This document shows positions 23,915-36,606 of a stretch of DNA of 64,000 nucleotides, in pieces. The translations under genes were made by a program, and so were the position numbers. Numbering within the stretch: position 1 is the first letter of the stretch; each line of letters begins with the position of its first letter. Origin of the DNA: Vicugna vicugna (lineage: Eukaryota); assembly GCA_013265495.1 (NCBI GenBank), contig MU058039.1:746591-810590 (forward strand). Reading direction: 5' to 3'. The notes under the pieces are model-generated. The model saw only the letters and a list, made by a program, of their open reading frames with translations, ran no database searches and was not told the origin of the DNA.

Positions 23915-26900
23915 GAAGTTTTCATTATTTTTGTTTTACATTTAAGTCCCTGATCCATTTTGAGGTATTTTTTTACAGCTAATTTTTGCATAGTGAAAGG
24001 GTTTAGATTGAGGTTCCCTTTTTTTGCCTCCCAATGTACAGCACCATTTATTGAAAAGGCTCTCCCTTCTCCACTGGATTGCTTTTGCTGCTTAAAACAG
24101 AAATTCATTGGAAGGGGAAATTAATTGGGCACATCCGTGTGGGCCTATTTCTTTCTGTGTTCTCTAGACTGTTCCATGGAGCTGTATGCATGCACTCAGT
24201 GAGTGTTCGCAGCAACTCCATGAGGTGTGGGTAATGCGTCCCATTTTACAAAGAGAGAGAAGAAAACTGAGGCTCAACCTGGTAAATCCACTTGTCTTAG
24301 GTTGCTCTTCCAGGAACCCAGGGCTATGTGATTCCAGGGGACTGACCATGACCCAGAGCTGTCCTGCCTGCCCACAGGCCTCCAAGCTCATCCCCAAATC
24401 AGGGTCAACATGCATGGTCCCTGCTGGAGTCCCTGCCCCACAGTGACACTTGATGGCTGTGATTTCGTGTTTCAGGCTCTCTGGCGTTGACAAATGAACA
24501 ACTCTCACTTTTTCCTTGCATTCTAGTTCTTCCCAGCCTGTCCCTCTCTTCCCAGGGCTGCAGTGGAGTCTGATTCCACTCTCTGTGGCCCAGGTTTCAG
24601 CATTTTTTACCTCTGTCGCCAACTGGGTTCCAAGTTTTGCCAAACATTCCTGGCACACCTCTGCCCCCAAACCGCCCGAAGTGTCTTTCATAACAGGTCA
24701 CCAGCCTACAGTAAGAGGCCCAGGAGCAGGTGAAGCCGCCCCAGTGGCCTCGGCTCCTTGCCCTTTTTCCTACTCATAGTTATCCCTTGACATCCCGGAG
24801 CCTGTGTGACCCAGCCTAGATATCCCAGCCTAGCCACGGACATTTCCGCCCTCAGCACTCCCATCTCCTGCCGTCTTCTCCAGAGGGCCTGCAACTTGCT
24901 GCGTTCATCAAGCTTTTAGCAGTGCAGAGGCCTTCATGGACAAAACCTGCCCCGTGGCCCATCTTGGACATACTGAGACACAAGAGGGCTAGATGGCCTG
25001 TCCCCTGTCTGCCATATGAGTGTGGGCAAAGACTTCACTCCTCAGCACCTCAGTTTGCTCACTTGTGAAACATCTGTCTCTGAGCAGCGTTGAGAACATT
25101 CACGGAGGGAAGCCCTCAAGAATGCTTAACTGTGCCTGGTGCAGAGTCTGTGCTCCGAGAGGGTTATGCCTGTCACTGCTGCATGCAGGGCCTGGGCTGG
25201 CAGCTGGGGTGCAGGGGCTGGCGGATGCCACCCCGTCCTCAGGAGTTTGCCATATTGCGTGCAAGATGAACAAACTTCCAAACTCAGTGCTGAGCCTTAG
25301 GTCAGAATCACGTGCCCGGCTCAGCAGCCTACAGGGCTGGCCCAGACCATAAACACTGGCTCATCAGGCCACCTGGATGACTTTCGTTTTTCCTTTGTTT
25401 TTCCCTGCCAGTTCCGTAAAGAGTGGTACATCAGTTAGGAGGCATTTGACTTGAAGTGACAGAAAATCTAACTCAAGAAGGCATGAAGCATTATGGGGAT
25501 TTATGGTCACATAGCAAGTCCTAAGGAGGAGTGGCTCTAAGGCTGGTTAATTCTGCAGGGACATCCTCAGGTACCTGGCTCCACTCATGACCCACAAGGG
25601 CTACAGTGGCCCCAAGCAAAATCAGCACCCTATGGAAAAAGAGGGGAGGGCTTCTCTTTGTTTTTAAGGGTAAAAGAACTGGGTCACTTGCCCACCCCTG
25701 AACCAACCTCTGGCAAGGTCACATTGGACCCCCATGATTGTCTTAAACTGTCAGGATTTACTCAAGTCATGTAGCAGATGGATGGTTGCCAGAGAGGATC
25801 CTGGACCCCACCAGCAGGGACAAAAAAGATGATGATTGGGGTGGCTGCCAGCAGTGGCTGCATAGTGTCCACCTTTACCCGGGCATCCTCTAGTTCACCC
25901 CACACTGTGCCGGCCGGCAGTGTAGGAGATGGACAGAGCAGGCTGGGGCTCTGCCCTCAGGAGTTCACATCTGTCTTGGTACTTTCCTATGTGTCAGAGT
26001 GGGAAGTTCAAAGCCAAGATTCTAGCAGCCCATACACCTGCTTCTGGGGAGTTTTGCCTAGAGCTGTGCATGGTGAGATGCTGGAATGTTCCAATTTCCA
26101 GGCTGACCAGGATGTGGCAGTAGTAGAAATGGCCCCAAATGGGACATACTCAGCACCTGAAGAATGGCCAGCATAGGTCAGTCAGTTTACATTGGGATAA
26201 TAAAGCTTATTAGTAAGAAACTTACACAGTTGGACAAAGTACAGGTTGTCTTGATTGAGGACAGCTGAGAGATGAAGGTGGTAAAATATGTCCAGTTAAA
26301 GATAGTCCATCAGTTAGGATTCGGCTTAGCTGCATAATATAGAAAATGGTGATTCAGATGAGATAGTTTCTTCCCCCCACGTTGTCAGGGACTCGGGCTC
26401 TTCCTCGCCAATGCTCTGCCTTCCTTGGCCTGTGGCTTTCTGGTCTTCAGGTGGCTGCTGGAGCTTCTGCCTTAAGGAGCTGACGAGGCAAAGGCGCTAC
26501 AACACACTTCCAAAGAGTGCCTGGAAGTCACGTGCAGCATTTTTATCTCATTGGCCAGAACTGCAAGGGAGCCTGGGAAATGGAGTCTGTTAACCGATCA
26601 CATTGCTTCCCCCAAAACACTTGGGATTCTGTTACCAAGGTGGAAGCAGAGAATAGACATGAGGGAACCGCCTGCGGCGCCTGCCACTCGTACCTTCCAC
26701 TCTCCCCTGGCTGCCCCCGCCACTGCCAGCGTTTTCCTTTAGTTCTCAGGGCTTGATGTGGACGTTTTGAGAAAATGGAATAAGCACATGAGCACTTCAG
26801 TTTCTAGCCATAGTGGAGCCACATTTTACCAGGCGGTTAGCTGGCTGCTAAATCAGCCAGTAAGGTGAAGACTGCTTATGCTTTTTATTGTTTTGACTCT

Positions 26901-28868
26901 CTTTCTTTCCTGGAGGCATTAGAGGTCAAAGTCTGCAGGAGCAGGGATAACATGTATTTCCTTGGCAGGTGAGCAGAGATGAGTTTCCAGGGAGTCGAGT
27001 GCTCTCTGAAGCACCACTCTGCTGCCCTGGAGGCGCTGAAGCCCAGAGCTGTAGAGTTGGTCTTTGCAGAGACAGCCTGGCTCTGGGCTGGCAGGGTGAC
27101 CCCGGAGAAGTCAGTTCATTCCTCTTTTGGATTTGGGGGGGATTCCCAGTGTATCACCCCATCAAGTTGCAAATATAGTCACAGGAGCCAATCAGGGCTT
27201 GTGTCAGGGGGACATTCCTGGCTGCAGGTAACCAAGACTTGGCTGGCTCAAACGCTGCAGGAGTTTGTTATCTCACAGAAGAGAAGGGTCAGAGGCAGAA
27301 CGGGCTTCAGGGAGGGTTAATCCAGCATCTAGACAACACCATCAAGGGCTTGGTGGTTCCTTCTGCCTTCTCTCTTCCACCCTCAGCCTTGGCCTCATCC
27401 TCAGGCTGGTGGGGGAGGGCGACGGCAGTTCCCAGTGTTACCTCTGCTAATGTCACCCGGCAGCACCTGGTGAAGAAGACTTCATCTTTCCTTATCATCT
27501 CCCTTCGGAGCAGGGAGACTTCCCCAAGCCCCTCAGCCGACTTACCCTTTCTCAGTCAGATTATGCTGGGTAACAAACACCTGAAAATGGCAGTGACTTC
27601 CATCAGCAAAGGTTTACTTTACACTCACACTGCAGGTCCACCTCTGGTTGCCAGGGGACTTCTCAGGACCTAGGCTGCCTCACAGCTCTCTGGCAAGAAC
27701 TAGTCACACAAGCTCAACCAGCCAATCTCGAGGGGCTGGGAAGCGCGGTCCTGTCTCTCCTGCCAAGTGAAGAGCCAGGGTCTTCATGGGGGGCTTAGTA
27801 ACTCCCGTCCTCTCACCTCTCACGCGCTGTCCCTGACCAGCCTCAGGCAGGGAGAGGATTTCTACAATGACAGCTCCCATCTGAAGTGGAGCGGATGGTG
27901 AGAGGCCCCCACAGGATTCACTCCAGGGCGTGGGGAATGCTGCCGAGACCCGAGGCTGCGGAAGGCACCTGCTGCCGCTTCCCCTGTTAGGTCTCAGCCC
28001 TTGCCTGTAGGTGTGCAGGGCCAGCCTCCAGGAGAATCTCTAGCAGACACCTTTGTTATTTCATTCCACCACCGCCCTGAGAAGTAGAAAATGTCTCCCA
28101 TTTTCTACAGCTCAGACTGGTGAACACTTGCCCAACCAGGGTCATGCAGCTAGTAAGGGGGTGTGGGGCTGGGGTTGAGGCCAGCCCTGCCTCATTCTGA
28201 AGCCTGAGTCCACAGCTTCTCCCCTGCAGCCCTTCCTCCTGCAGAGAGACACGCATAGTTCTGTGTTATGTGTCAGCCTCAGTCTAAGCTCTGGGCACAC
28301 AGGATGGCACTCAGTCCTACCAGGGAGGACCTGGTGCGATTGCCTCTTGACAACCAGGCAAACTGAGGCTCAGGGCAAGGAAGTGAGTGTACCTGGCTGG
28401 GCAAGAGGCGGAGGTGAGGTTGGATCCCCAAGCTGCCCAGTTCCAGGCCTGCTGTTCCCACAAATGCTGCCTTACCCTGCGCTCTTCGCCAGAGAGAAAG
28501 GGAGCCCAAGACAGGCCTGGGGGCGGGGGCTGCTGAGGATGCCTCAGCCCCCGTTTCACAGCTAAGAAACAGGACCCCTGAGGAGCCGATGGGTAGGGCT
28601 GTTGGCCCAAGTGGCTTCTGCCCCCTCCTTCCTTGAGGACCCCCACCTGGCCCTGCATCCCCGCCACCCCGGCTCCCTGGCGTGCTTCCCGGGCAGAGCT
28701 CATTCCTGACCCCCAGTTAATAGCACGTTTCCAGGCTTACTCATCTAGCCTCCCCTCCGCAGAGCCGCCAGTATATTTAAAACCCCTCAGCGAGTGAGGC
28801 TCAGGCTTAGGTGGTTTTTGACACACCAGCCCCTCACCCTGTGCTTGCCTCCTCCCGCTCCCCGACAG

Positions 28869-28999
28869 GTACGCCGCCGCCCCCCCGCACCAACTGCTGT
28901 CCTTTGATCCCCACTTCAGCCACGATGGGATGTCCAGCGGCGACTCCTCTTCAGGCGGCTTGACCAGCCAGGAGAGCACCATGGAGCGCCAGAAGCCAG
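28869..28999 (+). CDS. SIPA1L3: SIPA1L3 coding exon (131 nt, phase 2 to 1): YAAAPPHQLLSFDPHFSHDGMSSGDSSSGGLTSQESTMERQKP
   Basis: Acceptor cccgacag ends at 28868 and donor CAG|gtaggc starts at 29000. Contains the SSGDSSSGGLTSQESTME motif recalled from SIPA1L proteins. Confidence 0.92.
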
Positions 29000-29539
29000 G
29001 TAGGCGCCCCCAGGCCAGCTGCGTCCCCGGCCTCGCCCTGCAGGGCCTCTTACTTACAGTTTGGCAGGTGACAGCTCTCCCGCTGTCAGTGAGGGGTAAA
29101 ACAGGAAAAAGCTGAGAGTGCCACGCATAAGACAAGAGGGTCACCCAGGAGAGCGGCAGGACCGGCAAGCCAGATCCGTCTCCATCCAGACAGGACATCA
29201 GCAGACGGGGTCTTCCAGCACCATCGATCAGGAGCTCAGCTGCGTGACATGGGGGGTGGTGACACCAGGGGGGGTGGTGACACCAGGTGGAGTGGTGGAA
29301 AAGGACTAAAAGGGCTGTTCTCGGGAGCAGAAGCGGCAGCATGCTGAGGCCATTCATTACACAACCCCTCCAGTATTGTTTCTGACTGTTAGGGGCGTAC
29401 AGCCTCTGCTGAGAAACGAGCTCAGATCTTGAACGTCTAGTGTGATTACACATCACAAAGTGAACACGCCCATGTTCCACGCCCAGGGCAAGAGACAAGA
29501 ACGTGGGCAGCCTCCCAGAAAGGCCCCAGCCCCTCCCAG

Positions 29540-30110
29540 TCAGTACCCCCAAAGCCACCCCTGTCCTGGTTCTTGCAGCCAAGCTTGGTCTTGCCTGGTT
29601 TTAAATTTCACATAGACAGAATATAGGCTCCCACTGGATGCAGTGTGTATGTGGTGTGGGGGGGGGCGGGGCCTTCTGTTGCTCAATACTGTGTTGGTGA
29701 GAGACAGCCACGTGACTAGCAATGCACTTTCTGAGCAGTATATCCATTGTATGAGTGACTCACAATTTCTTACTCCGTTCTAGTGTTGATGGACGTTTGG
29801 GTTGTTTCCAGTTTGAGGCTGCTTAGACTATTGCTGCTAGGAATATTCTCGTCCCTGTCTTTTGATGAACACATGCTCACATTTCTTAGGGACTGTCCCT
29901 GAGAGTGGAATTGCTGGGTCATATATCTAACTTCATGAGAGACTGCCAAACCATTTCCCAAAGTGACAAACCAGTGATGGAGTTCCAGTTGCTCCGTATC
30001 CTTACCAACCTTTTCAGCCTTTCCAGCAGGCACGTCATGGTATCACGTTGTGTTTTTAATTTGCATTTTTCTGATGCCTGCTGAGGTTGAACATTTTCTG
30101 GTCTGTTTAC
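29540..30110 (-). mobile_element. Old LINE-1 3' fragment (L1ME-like)
   Basis: gttgatggacgtttgggttgtttccagttt, gagtggaattgctgggtcata, ttttaatttgcatttttctgatg. Confidence 0.7.
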
Positions 30111-31454
30111 TCTCTTGTGTGTAATTATTCATCGTGAGCACATACTACTGAGATAAATATTTTAAACCTAATTTCTCATAACAAACTTATAGCCCCTTTG
30201 AAGTGGGAGAACTATCAGATGATGAGTGGGTTCAAAAGAAAGAAAATCAATGAAGTGTCAGGGAGCATTGACCTTGGAGGGGGAGGAGATGGAGGTGCTC
30301 ACTCGGGGGATGTTTGAGAGTATCCCCAGCTGTCAGGGATGACCAAGTCGGCACATTGCCAGCTCCCCAGGGTGCTGTAGGGCCGGGAAGAGGGTGTGTG
30401 CTCCAGGATTAGCGGCCTCTAGAATTCCTCAGCCCCCCGGCCCCTGCCCCATGGTTCTCTTAAACCAGGTACAGCGGTTGGACTGCAGGCAAGCAGGTCA
30501 CCCTCCCGACCCTGCTCTTCCTGCTCCTGCTGCCTCCGGGCCCTGCAGACACCACTGGCTTCTCTCCGCAGCACACGGGATCCTGCCTGCAGTTCTGTGA
30601 GCTTTGCTCCAGCTCAGACAGGTTCGAATCCTTTTCTTTTCCCACCTAGTTGAGAAAAAGGGAAGCATGTTGCTTGGCGATGTCATCACCTAGGAAAGGA
30701 AAATTTTCCAGCGTTCACACCAGGGGCCCCAAGTAAGGTGTCACAGAAGCTCACCGTTGTCCCTCCTTTTCTTCCCTGTTCCATCCCCAGGAGCTTGGCT
30801 CCCCTCTCACTGCCGTCATCGTAATTTGACTGACGCCTCCCTGCACGTGTACACACACACCAGGGCAGTGTGTGCTTAGAAGTCCTCCACAAGTCTAGGA
30901 TGTATCCGGGACCCAGGGCGGGGGGATCAGATGCCGCGGGGACCGGCCCAGCCCCGATCAGATGATGACCAGCCCAATGGCGGCAGCGCGGTCCCGGGTG
31001 CTCCACTCCCTCCCGTTCAGCCATCTCAGGGACACCAGCCTGCTTGCTGCTGCGGCCCCATTTTAGAAACGAGAAAGATGAGGCACAGAGAGCTTGTCAT
31101 TTGTCTGAGGTCCCTGCTGCTGAGTAGCATGATCGAGATTTGAACCAAGACCTGTCGGGTTCTAGGACCACTGCCCACAGACACCACCGCAATCCCTCGT
31201 TCATGGAGTGAGTGTTTCTCAGGTCTCAGGGCACCCAGGTTGCGAAGGTGGCCCCAGAGCCACCAGCTCCCCCAGGTCTGTGCCTGGCCGTGGTCTCAGC
31301 ACATCTCTCAGAACCACATGACCCATCCATGTGTCAGGGGTGAAACAGGAGAGCCAGAGGTCACTGGGGCTGGTGAAAGGCCCAGGATCAGGGCCTGAAG
31401 GGCAGGGCCAGGGGCAAAGCAGCCCGGGAGGGGCAGGAACCTAGCCCTTCATCC

Positions 31455-32300
31455 CCGTTCATTCAACACATCACTAATGATACAGGCGGACTGGGCACCA
31501 GGGACATAGTTTGAGCCAGATAGTTGTTTCCCTGGCCTTCTTGGAACTGACAGTCGGTGGGAGAGACGGACAGTAAAAAGGAACACCTGGTGATAAATAC
31601 TCACCAATAATGCTGAGTTTTGAATTGAAATGAACCAGGTGCCTAGGGAGGGACCGATGGGGTTTGGGGGAATCTCTGAGCAAATCACATTTCAGGCAAG
31701 GCTGGAAGAATGCAGAGGAGCCAACTGGGAGAAGAACATTCCAGAGAAAGAGACCCACTGGTTGAAGACCCTGAGGTGGCAGGGGGTCCAGTCTTGGAGA
31801 AATAGGGAAGAGGCTGAGTGGCTGGAGAAGTGGTGGGAGACGAGGCCAGGGAGGTGACAAGGACAGCGTGATGGGGACTCAGAACCACAGAGCACAGTTC
31901 TCCTGAGCACAGGAGGGTTGACATCTGACTCAAGTGTTCACAGGGTCCCTCTGGCTACAGATGCTTGTGGGGTGGGACCCGTAGAGGGAGACAGATGGAC
32001 AGGTTCTGGGTATAGTCTTTTGAAGATAAAGGTAGAATTTCCTGATGCTCAAAAATGATAACCAGGTTTTGGCCTGAGCAGCTGGAAGGATGGAGCCTCA
32101 TAGACTGAGCAAGAAATGTGGTGAGGGATGTAGGTTTAGGGGAAGATGAGGAATTGGCTTCGGCCGTGTTGGGTGGGAGGTGCCCAGTAGACACCCAAGT
32201 GGAGGTGCTATGAGGCAGCCACAGGTACAAGTCTGAAGTCATGGGGAGCGATCCAGACCAGAGACAGAAACGTGGGAGCCATTGGGGTGATAGGTGGTAG
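31455..32300 (-). mobile_element. LINE-2 3' region
   Basis: cattcaacac...ggaagaatgcagaggagccaac...ggttttggcctgagcagctggaaggatggag...gagtggagg. Similar L2 remnants lie at about 35460-36360, 41490-41980, 49500-50300, 55760-56180, 58620-59130 and 63560-64000. Confidence 0.7.
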
Positions 32301-33374
32301 TGAAGGCTGGGTGGGAATGCAGTGGGTTTGGCTCTCTGTAGAAGTATGGTCTCCTTGTGTGGTCTGGCTGCCTCCCAGGGGACCAGAACCTCCTGGGCAC
32401 GTGGGATGCTTCCAAGGAGGAAAAGCATCCTCGGACGTAGAGTATGTGGACAAAGTGGCCAGCCTGCCAGCTCTTGTGTCTGTGGTTCCCGAGTGAAAGC
32501 CACATAGGCAGTGACACTCACAACTGAGTCCAGCCAGGCCACTCTCTGCCGTGGCCCTGAGTGTCCTGCCTGGCCGTCCAGGCCCAGCTTCCCCAGCAGG
32601 AACACGAGCCCAGAGTGTCCTTGGGCTGCTCTGGGGGCAGTAGGGTGTGTGGTTGTGAGCTCAGGCTCCAATGGGCCTGGTGGGAAGTTCTGAGTCAGCT
32701 GTATGACCTTGGCAGTGACCTCATCTCTCCCAGGCTCAGGTCCCTCCACTGTGGTAGATGCCCTCAGTGCCTCTCTCAGGGTGGTTTCAGGATCCAGTGA
32801 GATCACATCTACCCAGCCCTCAGCACAGGACCCAGCGCATCATTAAGAGAATGATGACTCCTGCTTCTCAAGCACTTACTCTCACTTGTTGCTGGAGTTG
32901 TCATTGTTAGGGAAGCACAGAGAGGCTTCAGGGGTTGAAAGCACAGGTCTGAAGCCCTTTCTGACTGTGTGACCTTGGACCAGTTACTTAACCTCTCTGA
33001 GTCTTGATGTCCTCCTTCATCTATTAAACTAGTACTAGTATCCACCTCACAGCATCACTGGGAGGATATAGCACAGTGATGCATGCAAAGCCTTTACAAT
33101 AGTTCCTGACACAGAACATGTGCTTAATAATAATCATTATTATGATTATTTTAAATACAGCACTGATCGAAAGTGTGGGCTCTGGGGTTAGACCACATGG
33201 GCTTGGGTCCTCTGTTAGCATGTTTGTAAGTTTGATAGATGTTAACTAGCCCTCCACTGGGGTTGTGTGTTCTTTTGAGATCCGATGCTCAGTTCAGACA
33301 CATTGACTAGCCTTGGGAGTTCAAACTAATTTACACCCATACCAGCCATCATGATTTTAAACCCATTTCACCTT

Positions 33375-33528
33375 ATCAAAAAAATTTTTTTTCTAACTTT
33401 TTTTGGTAGGGGAGAGGGAGGAGGTAATTAGGTCTATTTATTTATTTTAGAGGAGGTACTGGGCGTTGAACCCGGGACCTCATGCATGCTAAGCATGCAC
33501 TCTACCACTTGAGCTATGCCCTCCCCCC
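33375..33528 (-). mobile_element. tRNA-derived SINE (Vic-1-like)
   Basis: Same head (catgctaagcatgcactctaccacttgagcta) and gtaattagg body motif. TSD core atttcacctt at 33365-33374 and 33533-33542. Confidence 0.88.
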
Positions 33529-33544
33529 TCCAATTTCACCTTTG

Positions 33545-34040
33545 AACCAGCAATTTCACTTGTAGAATTCTGTCCCAAACGCAAGTCCACACTTGCTCCA
33601 AGTTGGGTGTAGAGGACAGACCACCAGAATATTTAGAAAAACTGAAAATAACCTGAATGTCCCTCAATAGGAACCTGGTTAAATAATCAATGTCCATTCA
33701 TATGATGGAATACTGTACAGCTATTGAAGATAAGATAACCTCATGTTCAGTTGTGTGATGATGCATTATGGAGATAATGGAGCAAAAAGCAAGTGTAAGC
33801 ATATTTATTTGTAAAGTGAGAAATCAAGTTGTCAGATGATGTCTGTTATGATTCTATTTTCGTTTAACAAAAAAAGTTGTGCACGTTTAACCAACAAAGG
33901 AGTGCTACCTGGTATATATAAAGGATCCTGTCCACCAATAAGACAGTCAATCCCATAAAAAGTGTGTAAAAAATATGAACAAGTAGTTTACAAATAGAAA
34001 AATCCAGATGGCCAGCAAGGATGAAAACATGCTCAGCCTC
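33545..34040 (+). mobile_element. Old LINE-1 fragments (L1ME-like)
   Basis: aataacctgaatgtccctcaatagg...atggaatactgtacagct and an ORF2-like tatgaacaagtagtttaca...atgctcagcctc. Confidence 0.6.
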
Positions 34041-34316
34041 CTTTGAGGATGGAGGACTGTTGTAAGGCTTCACTAAGTTAACCCACGGAAAGCACTAGAG
34101 TGGTACCTGGCACGCAGTAAGTGCTCAGTAAACATTCTGAGTGTTGTTATACCCCAGGACGTGAGCTGGTGGGATCACAGGCTGTGTGAGCTGAGCAGAG
34201 AAGCTGGAAGAAAGGTGGGACCGAGGAGCCACATTTAGGGCCAGAGTCTTTGGGTGGACTTGGGCCAGGGCCTGAGTTACCTCTAACCACCCGGTGTGTC
34301 TCCTGTCTTCCTACAG

Positions 34317-34435
34317 AGCCCTTGTGGCACGTGCCCGCCCAGACCCGGCTCTCGGCCATGGCAGGAAGCAGCGGCAGCAAGCACGCCTCCAGGCAGGACG
34401 CAGCAGGCAAAGATTCCCCCAACAGGCATTCCAAA
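34317..34435 (+). CDS. SIPA1L3: SIPA1L3 coding exon (119 nt, phase 1 to 0): EPLWHVPAQTRLSAMAGSSGSKHASRQDAAGKDSPNRHSK
   Basis: Branch-point-like ctctaac at 34281, acceptor cttcctacag ends at 34316, donor AAA|gtgagt starts at 34436. In frame. Confidence 0.93.
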
Positions 34436-34653
34436 GTGAGTGTGGGCCCCGCCTCCCAACCCCCCGGAGCCAGGGCTGCGGGAGCTGGGCTGCTCCCCCT
34501 GGGTGGGGCCTCGGAACAGCACACGTGAGCCCCTCCTCCACCTCTGGCAATCCCACTCCAGCAGTTAGACCCAGCCAGGCGCTCAGCCTGGCTGCAGCCC
34601 CGCCAGCCACCCCCTCTAGCCGGTCTCCTCATTATTGCGTCGGTCATGGTAGG

Positions 34654-35074
34654 TGTCTTCACCAGCTCTGGCGCCAGAACAAAAATACCACAGACTGTGT
34701 GGCTTATAAACCACAGAAATTTATTTCTCATGATTCTGGAGGCTGGGGAGTCCAAGATCAGGGCTCAGGCAGACTTCATTGTCTGGTGAGGACCCACTTC
34801 CTGGTTGATAGCTTTCCCCTCACCTTATGCGTGAAGGGAGCTCTCTAGGTCTTTTACAAGAAAATAAATAACATGGATTTTATAACCCCATTCATGAGGA
34901 ATATATAAACATACATAGGATAAATAGGTAACTATAAATAGGAGTTTTATAATCACATTCATGAGGGCTCTACCTCATAACCTAACCACCTCCCAGAGGC
35001 CCCACCTCCTAATACCATCACATTGGGATTCAGCGTATGAATTTGGGGGAACACGGACTATTCAGTTTATGGCA
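34654..35074 (-). mobile_element. Solo MaLR LTR (MLT1A-like), full length
   Basis: TG...CA termini, aaataccacagactg...gcttataaa...agaaatttatttctca, cccacctcctaataccatcacattggg. 5-bp TSD gtagg/atagg. Confidence 0.85.
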
Positions 35075-35460
35075 ATAGGTTAACTGCTATAACAGACAGT
35101 CCCCAAATCTCAGTGACCTCACACACCAGAAGTTCTTTCCCTCTCATGTAACAATTCACTGTGGGTATTCTGTGAGCAGCTTTCCACATGGTGATTCAGG
35201 AACCCAGGCTCCCTCCCTCTTGTTGCTCCACTGTCCCTCAGGGCCCGAGCCCTCTGCTGGGGCCCTGCCTCTTTCCAGTGGATGAGGTGCGGATTGGAGG
35301 AAGAGAGGACGTTTTTGTAGCCCAGACCTGGAAATGGCATAATTCACTTCCCCTTCTATTGCATTGGCCACGTCTCCCTGCAAAGGGAGCTGGGAAATGT
35401 AGTCCCATGTGCCCAGGAGAAGGAGACAGTTTGGGTGAGCACTTGGCAGTCTCTTCACAT
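35075..35460 (-). mobile_element. Older MaLR LTR (MLT1J/K-like)
   Basis: ccccaaatctcagtgacc...cattggcca...aagggagctgggaaatgtagtc motifs. Confidence 0.65.
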
Positions 35461-36606
35461 CCATTCATTCAGTGAGTGTTTGATGAGCACTTGCAACGTG
35501 CCAGGCCCTGACCACAGTGATGAAGAGGGCAGAACGCTGACATCCCGATGGGGGCAACAAGCAGTACACAGCGCAACAGATTCGTGATGTAATGCCGAGA
35601 ACCGATTCTTGCCGTGAAAGGAGAACCAAGTACAGTTAAGGGAAAAGAGTGTCCAGCACGGCTGCTTTAGGATGAGGTGGTTGGAGAAGGCCTTTGAGGA
35701 GGTGACCTTTCAGCAAAACCTTGGAAGAAAGGGGCAATCCATGAAAATACCTAAGGGAAGAGCACTGCAGGCAGAGGGAACAGCAGGTGCAAAGGCCCCG
35801 AGGGGACAGTGCCTGGCAGGCTCAAGGAGCAGCAGGAGGCCAGTGTGGCTGGAGCAGAGCCATCAAAACGGAGAGGGGAGATGACGTTAGAGACCAGAAC
35901 CTGGGACCAGATCATATGGGGCCTCAGGGGCCGTGGTGAGGACTCTTGCTCTTCCCTTGAGTGAGGAGGATTCTGAGCAGGAAGGGATAGGAACTGAAAC
36001 AGATGTTCACAGCCTGTCTCTGGCTGCACGTAGGGAACAAACTGGGGGTGGGGGTTGGGGGGGCAGGAACAGGAGCTGGGAGACCAGGGAGGAGGCCTCT
36101 CCATTGTCCAGCCAGAAGCAGTGGTGGACAGGACAGTGTGGAGCCGTGGAGGGAGGGAAAGTGGCAGGTTTGGATCTATTTTGAAGGTGCAACAAGATTT
36201 ACTGTTGGACTAGACATGGGTGTGAGAGCCAAAGCAGGGTCGAGAGTGGCTCCACGGCTTTCAGGTGGGGCAGCTAAAAGGACAGAGGTGCCATTATGAC
36301 GTGGAGGAGGCGGATTCAGGAAGGAAGGCCACGAGCTCAGTTTCAGACGTGTTGAGCTTAAGCTGTGGGCAGCACGTCACATACGTAGTGTCATTTATCC
36401 CTCTGAGCAACCCCATGGGGCAGGGTTATTATCAACCCATTTTACAAGTGTAGAAAGTGAGGTACAGGGAAGTTGATTCACTTGCCCAAGGTAACAAGGC
36501 CAGTGAGTGGGGGAGCCAAGGTTCACAGTGTGGGGAGGTCCCAGAGGGGAAGGTTTACCAGCCCCACCTTGGAGTCTAGGAATGACACACCTCTCTTGCC
36601 TTCCAG

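Larger units (their letters stand above)
21925..24150 (-). mobile_element. Old LINE-1 (L1MC-like) 3' region, interrupted by a younger L1 and a SINE
   Basis: Antisense L1 motifs on both sides of the insertions (gtattccatggtgtgg, ccaaactattttccagagtggttgtacc, agcaccatttattgaaaag). Confidence 0.75.

Noticed and set aside
28771..28783. TATA-like tatatttaaaa about 90 nt upstream of exon 28869
   Set aside because: A single AT-rich motif with no other promoter evidence, so not supportable from sequence alone.
28737..29582. 281-aa minus-strand ORF
   Set aside because: Antisense to a real exon, with low-complexity translation driven by a tandem repeat and no recognisable homology.
31955..32806. 283-aa minus-strand ORF
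   Set aside because: Overlaps L2 and MIR remnants, with no recognisable domain or splice structure. A chance ORF in GC-rich DNA.
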